A stretch of 64,000 nt of DNA from a virus, in the IMG/VR virus record IMGVR_UViG_3300031758_000006; one strand, given 5' to 3'. The translations under genes and the position numbers were made by a program. Of this stretch, positions 8,630 through 17,873 are shown piece after piece; positions within the stretch are counted from its first letter, which is position 1, and each line of letters starts with the position of its first letter. The notes beneath the pieces are model-generated. The model saw nothing but the letters and a program-made list of their open reading frames with translations. It ran no database searches and was not told where the DNA came from.

Positions 8630-9943
8630 TTACGGTTGTAAAATCATTGAAGCGTAGTTATATGACTCACTTGGTATTTTACCCTTCAGATCGGTAAATG
8701 GTGTTTTATTTTTTAACGCTTGTTTGTAAGCACTCTTATACGGACCACTATTGTATCCAGCGATAGATAAATCTAATCTACCTGGGAACATTTCCATAAG
8801 TTTACCCATGAACTTAACATAAGCTTTTAACGCTTGTTTTGGGTCACACGGACTTCCTGTACCATATGAAGGCCAAGTACCTGGCATAAACTGTGCGATA
8901 CCCTGAGCACCAGCACTTGATTTTCTTTTACATTTCACAACATCTGGACTAAACGCTGATTCAGAATATAATTGTCTCATAGCCACTGTTTTATCTAATC
9001 CAATTGTTTTTAAATTAGACACAAATTCATCAAATACATCATTCCCAACAACATTTTTCATTTTTTGTTCCAGATCTGATGGATATTTTCTAACACTAAC
9101 ACCTGGGTTTGTTATCACAATTCTTTCACCTGGTGTAACTTCAATTGTTTCTTCAGAACTATCACTTTCATCGTCTTTGGTTTTTACATCACTACCATCT
9201 TTAATACCAAACATCGTCTTCCATAAACCCTTTAAAAAAGAATCTGAATCCGGAATGTCATTAGTTTTTTCCGTTTCAGTATCACCACTAGTTTTTATTT
9301 TACTATCTACGGTTATATTTTTTAAATCACCCGTATTACTATAAACATGGTTTTTCATTAATTTATGTTTTGATGATCCCATGTGAACCCCGTCGGTACT
9401 CCAATCAATATTTCCAACTAGCTTTGGTATTATTTTAGCTCCGGTAATAGATGAAGCTAATTCGGTTTGGTATTTTACTCTTTTTGGTTTAAATCCAATC
9501 ATACACTCTCGGTCACAGTATTTTGTTGTAGCTATTCTGTTTGGATTAAATGTTGACTCACTGTCAAATCCAGTCAAAACAATAGCTTTACCCCCCTGTT
9601 GATTAACCAAGTCAACCATTTTTTGTATATTTTTAATTGGTGTTGATATTGGTAGTGGGGACATAACATCATTAGCTCCACCATAAATAAAAACTAAATC
9701 ATATTTTTTTTCTTTTAACTTTGATTTGAGGTTTTCTAACATCCAATCGGTTCTCTTTCCTCCCTTAGTTACGTGTGTTGACTTCCATTCTGGGTGATCT
9801 TTATCTATTAAATAATTCCAAGTCCATCCTGGTCCAGCACTATGACTGTCACCAACAAACATTACGTTTAATTTGGTGTCCTCCTCTTCGGTTAGTAATT
9901 CTAACACTCTCTTTATTTGATATTCAGTTAACTTTACTTTCAT
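8630..9943 (-). CDS. SGNH/GDSL esterase fused to SLT lytic transglycosylase (copy 2)
   Basis: FVGDSH, YGGAND, DGVH; YSESAF..SSAGAQGIAQFMPGT..IAGYNSG. Confidence 0.85.
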   Translation of the reverse strand: MKVKLTEYQIKRVLELLTEEEDTKLNVMFVGDSHSAGPGWTWNYLIDKDHPEWKSTHVTKGGKRTDWMLENLKSKLKEKKYDLVFIYGGANDVMSPLPISTPIKNIQKMVDLVNQQGGKAIVLTGFDSESTFNPNRIATTKYCDRECMIGFKPKRVKYQTELASSITGAKIIPKLVGNIDWSTDGVHMGSSKHKLMKNHVYSNTGDLKNITVDSKIKTSGDTETEKTNDIPDSDSFLKGLWKTMFGIKDGSDVKTKDDESDSSEETIEVTPGERIVITNPGVSVRKYPSDLEQKMKNVVGNDVFDEFVSNLKTIGLDKTVAMRQLYSESAFSPDVVKCKRKSSAGAQGIAQFMPGTWPSYGTGSPCDPKQALKAYVKFMGKLMEMFPGRLDLSIAGYNSGPYKSAYKQALKNKTPFTDLKGKIPSESYNYASMILQP

Positions 9944-11289
9944 TATGGTTGTAAAATTGTTGACGCGTATGAATATGATTCACTTGGTATTTTACCTTTT
10001 AAACTTGTGAATGGTGTGTTATTTTTTAACGCTTGTTTATAAGCACTCTTATATGGCCCACTATTGTACCCAGCGATAGCTAGGTCTAGTCGATTGGGGA
10101 ACATTTTCATTAATTGTTTCATAAATTTAACATAAGCTTTTAAAGCCTGTTTTGGGTCACACGGACTTCCTGTACCGTATGAAGGCCAAGTTCCCGGCAT
10201 GAACTGAGCTATTCCTTGAGCTCCCGCACTTGACTTTCTACTACATTTAACCACATCTGGACTAAACGCTGATTCAGAATATAATTGTCTCATAGCTACA
10301 ATTGGATCCAACCCTATTGAGTTTACGTCTTTTACAAACTGGTTAAATGTGTCGGTTCCAACAACCTTTTTCATTTTTTGTTCCATATCTGATGGATATT
10401 TTCTAACACTGATACCTGGATTTTTTATAACAATTCTTTCACCTGGTGTAACTTCAATTGTTTCTTCGGTACCACTATCAGTATCAGATTCTGATTCATC
10501 ACCATCTTTAGTTTTTACATCTTCAGAACCTTTAATACCAAACATTGTTTTCCATAAACCTTTTAAAAAAGAATCTGAATCCGGAATGTCATTAGTTTTT
10601 TCTGTTTCAGAATCCTTTTCTTTATCCTCACTATCTTTTTCTGAATTACCACTTGATTTGTTTGGTTCGTTATTAATATGTTTACTAACATGTGATTTCA
10701 TTAACTGATGTTGAGCTGGTCCTGGGTGTGTACCATCCGCTGTCCACTTACTGTTACCTTGAATGGTTGGTATTATAACAGCTCCGGTTATTTGACTATC
10801 TAAGTCTTGTTGGAGTTGTGCTGTTCTATCCCTACCTTTTTTCATACATGGTTTGTCACAATACTTTGTTGGTTTTAAAGCTTCGTCAGTCATTACAGAT
10901 TTAGCGTCATAACCCAAAAATACGTAAGCGGTTCCTCCTTGGTTCTTAACCGCGTCTACCATTTTCTGTACATTTGACACAGCTGAAGATAATGGTACGT
11001 TAATCCAAAACGCGTCATTAGTCCCCCCATATATAAAAACTTTATCGTATTTTTTTTCTTTTAACTTTGGTAACATGTTTTTTAACATCCAGTCAGTTTT
11101 CATACCACCTTTAACAACATGTGTAACATTCCAATCTGGATGATCTTTAGCCAATAAATAATTCCATGTAAATCCAGGTGCAGCACTTAAACTATCACCA
11201 ACGAACATAACGTTTATTTTTTCGTTTTCTTCTTCGGATAATAGTTCTAATATTCTTTTTACCTGATATTCCGTTAATTGTAGTTTCAT
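9943..11289 (-). CDS. SGNH/GDSL esterase fused to SLT lytic transglycosylase (copy 1)
   Basis: FVGDSL, YGGTND, DGTHP; same SLT motifs; tandem paralog. Confidence 0.85.
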   Translation of the reverse strand: MKLQLTEYQVKRILELLSEEENEKINVMFVGDSLSAAPGFTWNYLLAKDHPDWNVTHVVKGGMKTDWMLKNMLPKLKEKKYDKVFIYGGTNDAFWINVPLSSAVSNVQKMVDAVKNQGGTAYVFLGYDAKSVMTDEALKPTKYCDKPCMKKGRDRTAQLQQDLDSQITGAVIIPTIQGNSKWTADGTHPGPAQHQLMKSHVSKHINNEPNKSSGNSEKDSEDKEKDSETEKTNDIPDSDSFLKGLWKTMFGIKGSEDVKTKDGDESESDTDSGTEETIEVTPGERIVIKNPGISVRKYPSDMEQKMKKVVGTDTFNQFVKDVNSIGLDPIVAMRQLYSESAFSPDVVKCSRKSSAGAQGIAQFMPGTWPSYGTGSPCDPKQALKAYVKFMKQLMKMFPNRLDLAIAGYNSGPYKSAYKQALKNNTPFTSLKGKIPSESYSYASTILQP

Positions 11290-11292
11290 ATA

Positions 11293-12168
11293 TTAATCCA
11301 ATGATATTCCAAAATACTCATCAGCGTATGGTGATCCGTTTATTTTTTTACCATTTTTTTCAAATTCAAAATGTAAATGAGCACCAAATGAATGTCCAGT
11401 GTTTCCAACTGTACCAACAACATCACCCGGACTAACTTCATCACCCGATTTCATATTTGGTTCTGTTAAGTGAGCGTATCTGGTTAAAGTTTCTGGATCA
11501 TGTTGTACTTCAACAAAGTTACCATATCCACCCCCACACCTTTTTGGTCCTTCAACACAACCTGTGTGTACTCTTTTAACTTTACCACCTTGTTTTAAAA
11601 CAATCTTTTCACCTTTTTTAGCTTTATAATCAACACCTTTGTGACCGGGTCTAGATTTTGTCATAAAACCATTAGATGGGTTAAACGATAGTTTTTTAGT
11701 ATTTATTAAACTACTTGTTTTATTCTTTTGTATTTTATTTAAATCATAATCCTCAAATTTACCTTTGGTTAACTCGTCAACCATTTTTTCTAGATCATTA
11801 GAATCAAGTTTACCGTCTTCATCTAATCCAGTCGATTCTTCAAAACTTTTTACAGCAGCTTCTGTTTCTGGTCCAAATTTACCATCAACACCCCAAACCG
11901 GTAATGAATACCCCAAGAACTGTAAAGCAGTTTGTATTTTTTCAACATCAGAATCATGATCAATGAGACTGGTACCTACCTGAGTATTTTCATATTCTTT
12001 ACCACTTTTACTTAAGTCCTCAATTCCGGACATTATGTCCAAATTTTCAGAATTTGTTTCAGACTTTGATTCAGTATCACTTTCCTCGTCCTTACTCAAT
12101 ATAGTTTTTTTTCCGGTTATTAGATCCACCAGATCCTTAAATTGTTCCTCACTAATTAAGACTTTCAT
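11293..12168 (-). CDS. peptidoglycan-binding domain + M23 peptidase
   Basis: IQTALQFLGY..VDGKFGPETEAAVKSFE; HKGVDY, GYGNFVEVQH, YAHL, GNTGHSFGAHLHFE. Confidence 0.9.
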   Translation of the reverse strand: MKVLISEEQFKDLVDLITGKKTILSKDEESDTESKSETNSENLDIMSGIEDLSKSGKEYENTQVGTSLIDHDSDVEKIQTALQFLGYSLPVWGVDGKFGPETEAAVKSFEESTGLDEDGKLDSNDLEKMVDELTKGKFEDYDLNKIQKNKTSSLINTKKLSFNPSNGFMTKSRPGHKGVDYKAKKGEKIVLKQGGKVKRVHTGCVEGPKRCGGGYGNFVEVQHDPETLTRYAHLTEPNMKSGDEVSPGDVVGTVGNTGHSFGAHLHFEFEKNGKKINGSPYADEYFGISLD

Positions 12169-12182
12169 TCTTATTTTTAATA

Positions 12183-12189
12183 ATAAATA
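12183..12189 (-). promoter_or_regulatory. putative late promoter TATTTAT
   Basis: 14 nt upstream of the M23/SGNH-SLT operon. Confidence 0.55.
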
Positions 12190-13029
12190 TTAACGAATTT
12201 GTCTTTTTTTGGTATTTTTAAAATACCTAGTCAAAGCTTCTGTTATTTCTTTATCTGAATATCCTGAAAATGGATTTTGAATTTCAGCTGGTAATTTCTC
12301 AATAAACTCTTCAGTCATTAAAAATCTTTTACTAATTTCATTTATTGATTCATCCAAAAATTCCTTTGGTGGTTCTGTGTCTTCAGTAAAAACTTCATTA
12401 TTATAGTGGTACTCATTTTCAAGTGCTTGTTTTGTGGCCATCATGAATACCCTTTCAAATAACTCATCTTCCATGGATTGATTTGGTTTATTTTTAAACA
12501 TCATAACCAGATCAAATCTGTATCCGATAGAGTATCTATATCTTGTTGGTTCTGATCTTGATCCACCCATTGGGGATTTATAATAATGAACCTCAACAAC
12601 TGTGTTAAGACCCTTAAATTCCAACTTCATCATTCCTTCATTTGTGGGTTTAACCATTTCAACATCTTCGTTGTAGGTTACATTTTGAAATTGTACTTTA
12701 ACAATCTCATCGTCTTCACGGTCGTCATAAACAAAGTCGTTCATGTATTTTAGAAATGGGATTCTTTTTGTTAGGTACTTAGCCATTTCTTTTCCAGAAT
12801 TTAAATTCAAACTTGGGTCAACTATTTCATTTATGGTTGATTGTTTTTTCCAAAATTTAAATAATTCTTTATCTTTATATGATTTTGTATCATTATCCCA
12901 ACCACACATGTGACAGAGATTGGTGTGTTTATCATTTGGTTCTTTTTCCCAACTATGATCACACTTACCACATTTAATGGTTTTACTATTTAATTTTTTG
13001 GCTTGTTTCTCGGTAATGATTATTTTCAC
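12190..13029 (-). CDS. hypothetical protein with leader (MKIIITEKQ) and zinc ribbon
   Basis: CGKC and CHMC pairs. Confidence 0.75.
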   Translation of the reverse strand: MKIIITEKQAKKLNSKTIKCGKCDHSWEKEPNDKHTNLCHMCGWDNDTKSYKDKELFKFWKKQSTINEIVDPSLNLNSGKEMAKYLTKRIPFLKYMNDFVYDDREDDEIVKVQFQNVTYNEDVEMVKPTNEGMMKLEFKGLNTVVEVHYYKSPMGGSRSEPTRYRYSIGYRFDLVMMFKNKPNQSMEDELFERVFMMATKQALENEYHYNNEVFTEDTEPPKEFLDESINEISKRFLMTEEFIEKLPAEIQNPFSGYSDKEITEALTRYFKNTKKRQIR

Positions 13030-13886
13030 AAATCTTTAATATTTCCAAACTTTATAGGTGAGTCCTTCTTAACCATGTAAGCTTTTTTAGGACCATCTAC
13101 TATATAATTATCGTTTGGAAATGAAACATATTCTAATGTTGTTAAATTTAATAATAATATTCTGTTAACCGATAGATTAAGATAGTTTTTAGGTGTTGGT
13201 GTGAAGAATATATGATTATCTTTATTTGTACTTGTTCCGGTTAATTCTTTGACCTGGAAACTAACTTTATGTCCCGTTTTAAACGTTACTATTATATCAA
13301 TTCCATGATCCCTATCGTAAACGGATCCAGGACAAAAATATTCAACACCATAACCTAGACTTTCCAGAATTTCAATTAATATTAATTCGGTCTTACTCCC
13401 TTTACTGTAGGTTGTCATATTACAAGTAACCAACTCATTTAAGATCTCCCCATCACCAAATATATTTTTTGAGTTCGCTATTACCCAAATGTAAAAGTCA
13501 ACCATGTCATGTTTAACTGGTTTATGTAATTCAACAAATAAGGATAGAATTGTGTTTTTAACAAATTTGTGACCACCGAAGTAATTAATAATTGACCATC
13601 TGGTTTTATTATTTAATGGGTGTATATCTAAGACACCCTCTTTTGATTTATCTTCGTTTAACCCTAGATTATCTTTATAAACCTCAAAGATCAATTTATT
13701 GATTAGTTGGGTAATTCTAATGGTTCTACATAAGTAATCAATGTTTACATTACTTTTTTTCTTATCAAATTCTGTAACATTAATGTAATCTGATAGATTG
13801 ATAGTTGACTGGTCAATATCCGAAAATAATATAAGATTTTTATTTTCTTTTACTTGTTTCTGAACAAAAGTTTTGGTATCAAACAT
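13026..13886 (-). CDS. hypothetical protein, possible PD-(D/E)xK nuclease fold
   Basis: TE..LIEIL..LGY..DRDHGIDIIV..FQVK pattern. Confidence 0.45.
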   Translation of the reverse strand: MFDTKTFVQKQVKENKNLILFSDIDQSTINLSDYINVTEFDKKKSNVNIDYLCRTIRITQLINKLIFEVYKDNLGLNEDKSKEGVLDIHPLNNKTRWSIINYFGGHKFVKNTILSLFVELHKPVKHDMVDFYIWVIANSKNIFGDGEILNELVTCNMTTYSKGSKTELILIEILESLGYGVEYFCPGSVYDRDHGIDIIVTFKTGHKVSFQVKELTGTSTNKDNHIFFTPTPKNYLNLSVNRILLLNLTTLEYVSFPNDNYIVDGPKKAYMVKKDSPIKFGNIKDL

Positions 13887-13908
13887 TTAGTTAATTTTTA
13901 ATAACCAA

Positions 13909-13937
13909 AGTATAGATATTTTTTTTTGTATTGTAAA
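13909..13937 (-). promoter_or_regulatory. sigma70-type promoter TTTACA-N17-TATACT
   Basis: Read directly; 22 nt upstream of the ATG at 13886. Confidence 0.4.
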
Positions 13938-13945
13938 GTAGTCCA

Positions 13946-14587
13946 TTATAAGTTGTCTTTGGTTATAACTAAATTTAAAAGTGTTTCACTTAGTTCTTCT
14001 TCTTTCCAAACATGTTCAATTGAGACTTCACCATCTTCTATATTAATAGTCCCGTATGATCCATCATTAATTTCCCAACCACCATAAGCGTCCTCAAGTA
14101 CTCGATATAGTATGTCTTCTACTCTAGTTGGGATATCTTTATAATCACCGGATTCATCTATATAAGTTGACTCAATTTCCCCCGAATCCCCGTAACCACT
14201 ATAATCAACAGCTAATTGATTTATACCACTATCTGCAATTATTTTTATTTCAGTTTCAGATAATGGTACGTTATATTCTGACGGGTTTTCAACCACTTCA
14301 TAACAATCACTAGTGAACACAAATTGTTTATTTGTTATGTCAATAGTCAAATATAAACTATAATAATCACTAACTTCACTGTAAGATTCATCTCTAATTT
14401 TTTCAATATTATCGTAAATAATACTTTCTAAAAACCCTAAAAAATTAGACGGTATTGTATAACCTTCAGTATCGGTGTCATCAATAGTTCCACCAACCAT
14501 ATTATATCTAATCTGAATGTCGTTTTCATCTTTGTATCTTAATTTTAAGTACAACATTAGACCTTCAAATAATTTTTTCTTATCCAT
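13946..14587 (-). CDS. DUF6878-like protein
   Basis: VDYSGYGDSGEIE and AYGGWEINDGSYGTI motifs; start placed at MDKKKLFE. Confidence 0.6.
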   Translation of the reverse strand: MDKKKLFEGLMLYLKLRYKDENDIQIRYNMVGGTIDDTDTEGYTIPSNFLGFLESIIYDNIEKIRDESYSEVSDYYSLYLTIDITNKQFVFTSDCYEVVENPSEYNVPLSETEIKIIADSGINQLAVDYSGYGDSGEIESTYIDESGDYKDIPTRVEDILYRVLEDAYGGWEINDGSYGTINIEDGEVSIEHVWKEEELSETLLNLVITKDNL

Positions 14588-14591
14588 ATTT

Positions 14592-15290
14592 TTAATCAAA
14601 AAAGTTTATATCGATTGTTTTTTCAAATGAATCATATTCGGTTTCAAAATCATAAAGAGCCATGATAAAAGTTAATTCGTTCTTGGTTATCTGAACACTT
14701 CCATTTCCACCGTAACCACTATACCAATGTGGATCGTGTTCTATAGTAATATCGTGAATAATAGTTTCCATATCAAATTCAATATCAATATCTTCATTCC
14801 CATCACTTTCAACATTCTCATTTATCATAAACTCCCCATTATCACCAAAAAAATTTACAACTATCCAATTACAATCACAATCGTCCATTAAGTTGTTTAT
14901 TACCATCTGATCTTCATCAGGTAATTTATGTGTGGGGATCCTATACCTATTCTGTGGGAATTCTGTTTTATAATCAATTTCAGCCCAAATATCTATTGTT
15001 TTTTGTTTGGTGTTTATATTAAGTATTACTCGATACCAACTACCAAAATCGTATTCCTGTTTTGGGATGTCTAAATCATGGAAAGATGATTCAATTTCGT
15101 TTTGAAAGTTTATAAAAATGTGTTCGAAAATCTTTGTAAAATTTGACGGTATGTTGATTTCGTCACTGGTGTCAATGTCCATATATTCTTCACTCGCTAC
15201 CGTTGAGTCTTCAATGTCAAGTCTAACTCGTAGCTCATCGATTTTTCTAATTCTAAGATATAATATTAAACCCTCAAATAATTTTTTCAT
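14592..15290 (-). CDS. paralog of 13946..14587 (DUF6878-like)
   Basis: Shared N-terminus KKLFEGL.LYL, IPSNF, and C-terminal W..G.G.G.V. Confidence 0.6.
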   Translation of the reverse strand: MKKLFEGLILYLRIRKIDELRVRLDIEDSTVASEEYMDIDTSDEINIPSNFTKIFEHIFINFQNEIESSFHDLDIPKQEYDFGSWYRVILNINTKQKTIDIWAEIDYKTEFPQNRYRIPTHKLPDEDQMVINNLMDDCDCNWIVVNFFGDNGEFMINENVESDGNEDIDIEFDMETIIHDITIEHDPHWYSGYGGNGSVQITKNELTFIMALYDFETEYDSFEKTIDINFFD

Positions 15291-15310
15291 TTGGTTTTAT
15301 TTATAAATAC

Positions 15311-15664
15311 CTAATCATCAAATTTAAGTTCCAGTGTTCTGATCATCCACATTGGTTTTTCTTTATCCTGGATTGCTTTTATCCACTCCTTAGCTGATGG
15401 TATGTGATTATAACAATCTTCCTTAACATGATCCTCACCAACATACCTTGTATAAACTGTTTTACCATCACTATTCACAAATGATGGTCCGAATGTCTTT
15501 TCACATTCAAAAATACCTTCACTGTGATGTCTAAACATTCTGTGATATGAATGTCCTATCCAAGCTTTTGTTTCATCAAACCATTCATGTATTTTAATAT
15601 AGTCCTCTACTTTTCCACCATATTTTTTAACGGAACTCTTCGCGTGAATCTCTGGGTGTGCCAT
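15311..15664 (-). CDS. DUF6915-like protein
   Basis: MAHP..HAKSSVKKYGG..EDYIKIHEWFDETK..HRMFRHHSEGIF..EKTFG..YVGEDHVKED. Confidence 0.7.
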   Translation of the reverse strand: MAHPEIHAKSSVKKYGGKVEDYIKIHEWFDETKAWIGHSYHRMFRHHSEGIFECEKTFGPSFVNSDGKTVYTRYVGEDHVKEDCYNHIPSAKEWIKAIQDKEKPMWMIRTLELKFDD

Positions 15665-15723
15665 AATAAATTATTTTATACAAATAAATATAATTGGTTT
15701 TACCACTTTTTGTAGGTTTAAAA

Positions 15724-15730
15724 TATTTAT
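15724..15730 (+). promoter_or_regulatory. putative late promoter TATTTAT
   Basis: 4 nt upstream of the ATG at 15735. Confidence 0.55.
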
Positions 15731-15734
15731 AATT

Positions 15735-16706
15735 ATGATTAACATTGAAAGACTTACAAGAAAAATTGTAAAACTCATAAAAGAAGAAAAAAACGATGAG
15801 AGAGCGTTCACTGATCGTGAAGTAACTTTTTTTAGGTTTCTAACAAAATATCGACAAAGTAAAAAGCCGACTGGTGCTCAATTATATGACGTAATTAAGA
15901 AGAATTTACCGGTATTTGGTTTTAGTCCTGAATCATTAACTCATTACTCCAACACATTTACTCAAAATTATAGAGCGGATGGGAAATATAATGAGACATT
16001 GGTTAGTGACTTGGTTGACTACTCAAAAGAAAAACCAAAAAGAATAACAAACGTTAACGCTAGGGATTATGTAACTGAACTAAAACCTTTTAAAGGTTCA
16101 AATCTGGAGGGTAAATGGGAGAAAGATTACCGTGGGGATTGGGGTTACGTTGTCACTTCTTATAATTGGTACCCGATTTATATTTACAAATATAAAAAAT
16201 GGTTTGAGGTTGACAATAGATATTCGTCCAGTACTGGAAAACAAATGTCAAAAGCAAGACCTTCTGGTGTTTGGGGTAATGTTATTCAACTTGGTCAACG
16301 TGAAATGGAAAAAGTTAGGAATGGTGTTGATGTTAATGAATTTATGGGTTCAAAAACAAAATCATTTACTGAAAAAGTAGATAAACTAATTGACTCAAAC
16401 ACTATTGAACGTATTCGTATGGGTTGGTACCCTAGAGTTAGGGTAACTTTCACTTACACCGGTGTTAGGGTTGATTCAGGTACACCGGAAATATCGATAA
16501 ATGTATCTAATGTTGAGAAAATTGTTGACAATAAATTTGATCGTCAAGCTGGTGACTTCTTCAATGATGAGATGGAGGGTGTAACTAGAGAAAATGTGGA
16601 GGAATTACTTAAAGGTTATTTATCAAATACTTGGTATCAAGAGTTTGGTGAATCGGAAGGTAATTTCCATAAAAAATTAGTAGTTAATGTAAATTACCAA
16701 AGATAA
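15735..16706 (+). CDS. hypothetical protein with leader (IVKLIKEE)
   Basis: 323-aa plus-strand ORF with its own promoter and terminator. Confidence 0.8.
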   Translation: MINIERLTRKIVKLIKEEKNDERAFTDREVTFFRFLTKYRQSKKPTGAQLYDVIKKNLPVFGFSPESLTHYSNTFTQNYRADGKYNETLVSDLVDYSKEKPKRITNVNARDYVTELKPFKGSNLEGKWEKDYRGDWGYVVTSYNWYPIYIYKYKKWFEVDNRYSSSTGKQMSKARPSGVWGNVIQLGQREMEKVRNGVDVNEFMGSKTKSFTEKVDKLIDSNTIERIRMGWYPRVRVTFTYTGVRVDSGTPEISINVSNVEKIVDNKFDRQAGDFFNDEMEGVTRENVEELLKGYLSNTWYQEFGESEGNFHKKLVVNVNYQR

Positions 16707-16707
16707 A

Positions 16708-16730
16708 AAAGTCGGGAGTTACCCGACTTT
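16708..16730. terminator. bidirectional intrinsic terminator
   Basis: aaagtcggg-agtta-cccgacttt with A/T tracts, between convergent genes. Confidence 0.85.
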
Positions 16731-16753
16731 CTTTTTTGTTTATGGTTTTTGGT

Positions 16754-17767
16754 TTAGTTTTTAATTATCTTAAACATATCGTTATTAACTCTCAACATGT
16801 ATATACCGGATGGTTGGTCAAGTAAATTAATTGTTTCTTGTATTGAGTTAACTTGTCCTGAAACAACCAACTTACCGTTAACATCATACACACCGTAAGT
16901 TTCCCCTAAATATTTTTTATCTGAAATAAATGTAACGTTTTCGTTTGTTGGGTTTGGGTACACATTAAGTTCTAATTTAATTTCTTCTTGGATGTTAGAT
17001 GTATTGTCTTTGATACATCTGATTGAATGACCTACCCCTCTTCCGGTTGGGTACATTCTGATGTAATCACCTATAATGTGAATTGTTTTTGATCTAACCC
17101 CAAATCCACCATCCATATCCCAAGAAACTGTATCTTTGGTCCAGAAACCATTTGTAAAACCCTCACCAAAATAATTAATGTTTGAGTACTGGAACTCATC
17201 ACTCCATTGGTGATAAACAAACCCGGATGGTAATCCTGACCATCTTGTTTGGTTGTTACCTTCCAAACCTGAATCCCAATATTCATTAGTTAAAAACTTC
17301 TTTCCGGATTGGTCATTCATTACACCGTCATTAATGTAATTCTCGTTATAATCCAATAGATCCAATGTGTTGGAATCAACAAATGAGAACATCTCGTAGT
17401 AATCCATAAAGGTGGGAACTTTATATCCGGTGGGACACACATTTCTTTGGTCTCCAGCGACATACCAATTGTATAATCTACCGTATTGATTCATAAGGGA
17501 TGTGTCCATATTGTAATAACTTTGGATTGGCGTTCCATAATCTGGACTCTGAAGGTTAACGTGTGACCACCAATCAAAAAGTGATGTAGTTTCATAGATT
17601 GGGTCCCCGTTGTTGAATCGAGAAACTTTTAGGTTCTCTTTTAACCAAACCTGGTCTCCAATCTGAACTGTGTTGTACTGGTTTCCATCGATATCAGAAA
17701 CTATTTCCTGACTAAAAATTCCCGATGTCATCATCAAGAAAAAGATAAAAATGGGTAGTGTTTTCAT
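16754..17767 (-). CDS. FISUMP (Fib_succ_major) domain protein with signal peptide and T9SS type-A sorting domain
   Basis: DIDGNQYNTVQIGDQVWLKENL, YGRLYNW, VCPTGYKVPT, SIRCIKD; C-terminal LNVYPNPT..YDVNGKLV..INL..PSGIYMLRV..FKIIKN. Confidence 0.88.
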   Translation of the reverse strand: MKTLPIFIFFLMMTSGIFSQEIVSDIDGNQYNTVQIGDQVWLKENLKVSRFNNGDPIYETTSLFDWWSHVNLQSPDYGTPIQSYYNMDTSLMNQYGRLYNWYVAGDQRNVCPTGYKVPTFMDYYEMFSFVDSNTLDLLDYNENYINDGVMNDQSGKKFLTNEYWDSGLEGNNQTRWSGLPSGFVYHQWSDEFQYSNINYFGEGFTNGFWTKDTVSWDMDGGFGVRSKTIHIIGDYIRMYPTGRGVGHSIRCIKDNTSNIQEEIKLELNVYPNPTNENVTFISDKKYLGETYGVYDVNGKLVVSGQVNSIQETINLLDQPSGIYMLRVNNDMFKIIKN

Positions 17768-17790
17768 AATGGTAAATTTAAATTATAAAT

Positions 17791-17821
17791 CAAATATACA
17801 GGTTTTTTTTATATAAACAAA
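17791..17821 (-). promoter_or_regulatory. Bacteroidota sigmaA promoter TTTG-N19-TATATTTG
   Basis: Exact consensus 23 nt upstream of the FISUMP gene. Confidence 0.75.
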
Positions 17822-17850
17822 AAAAATCCAAGTTTTTTTCTTGGATTTTT
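17822..17850 (-). terminator. intrinsic terminator
   Basis: aaaaatccaag/cttggattttt stem downstream of 17874..18560. Confidence 0.7.
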
Positions 17851-17873
17851 AAAAATTTATCTAAATTTAATTT

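Noticed and set aside
8630-11289. Tandem SGNH-SLT copies as an assembly artefact
   Set aside because: The copies differ at many synonymous and non-synonymous positions and in linker length.
15301-15310. T4-type late promoter TATAAATA in the conventional orientation
   Set aside because: At most sites the nearby downstream gene lies on the strand reading TATTTAT, so the functional orientation is the reverse complement.
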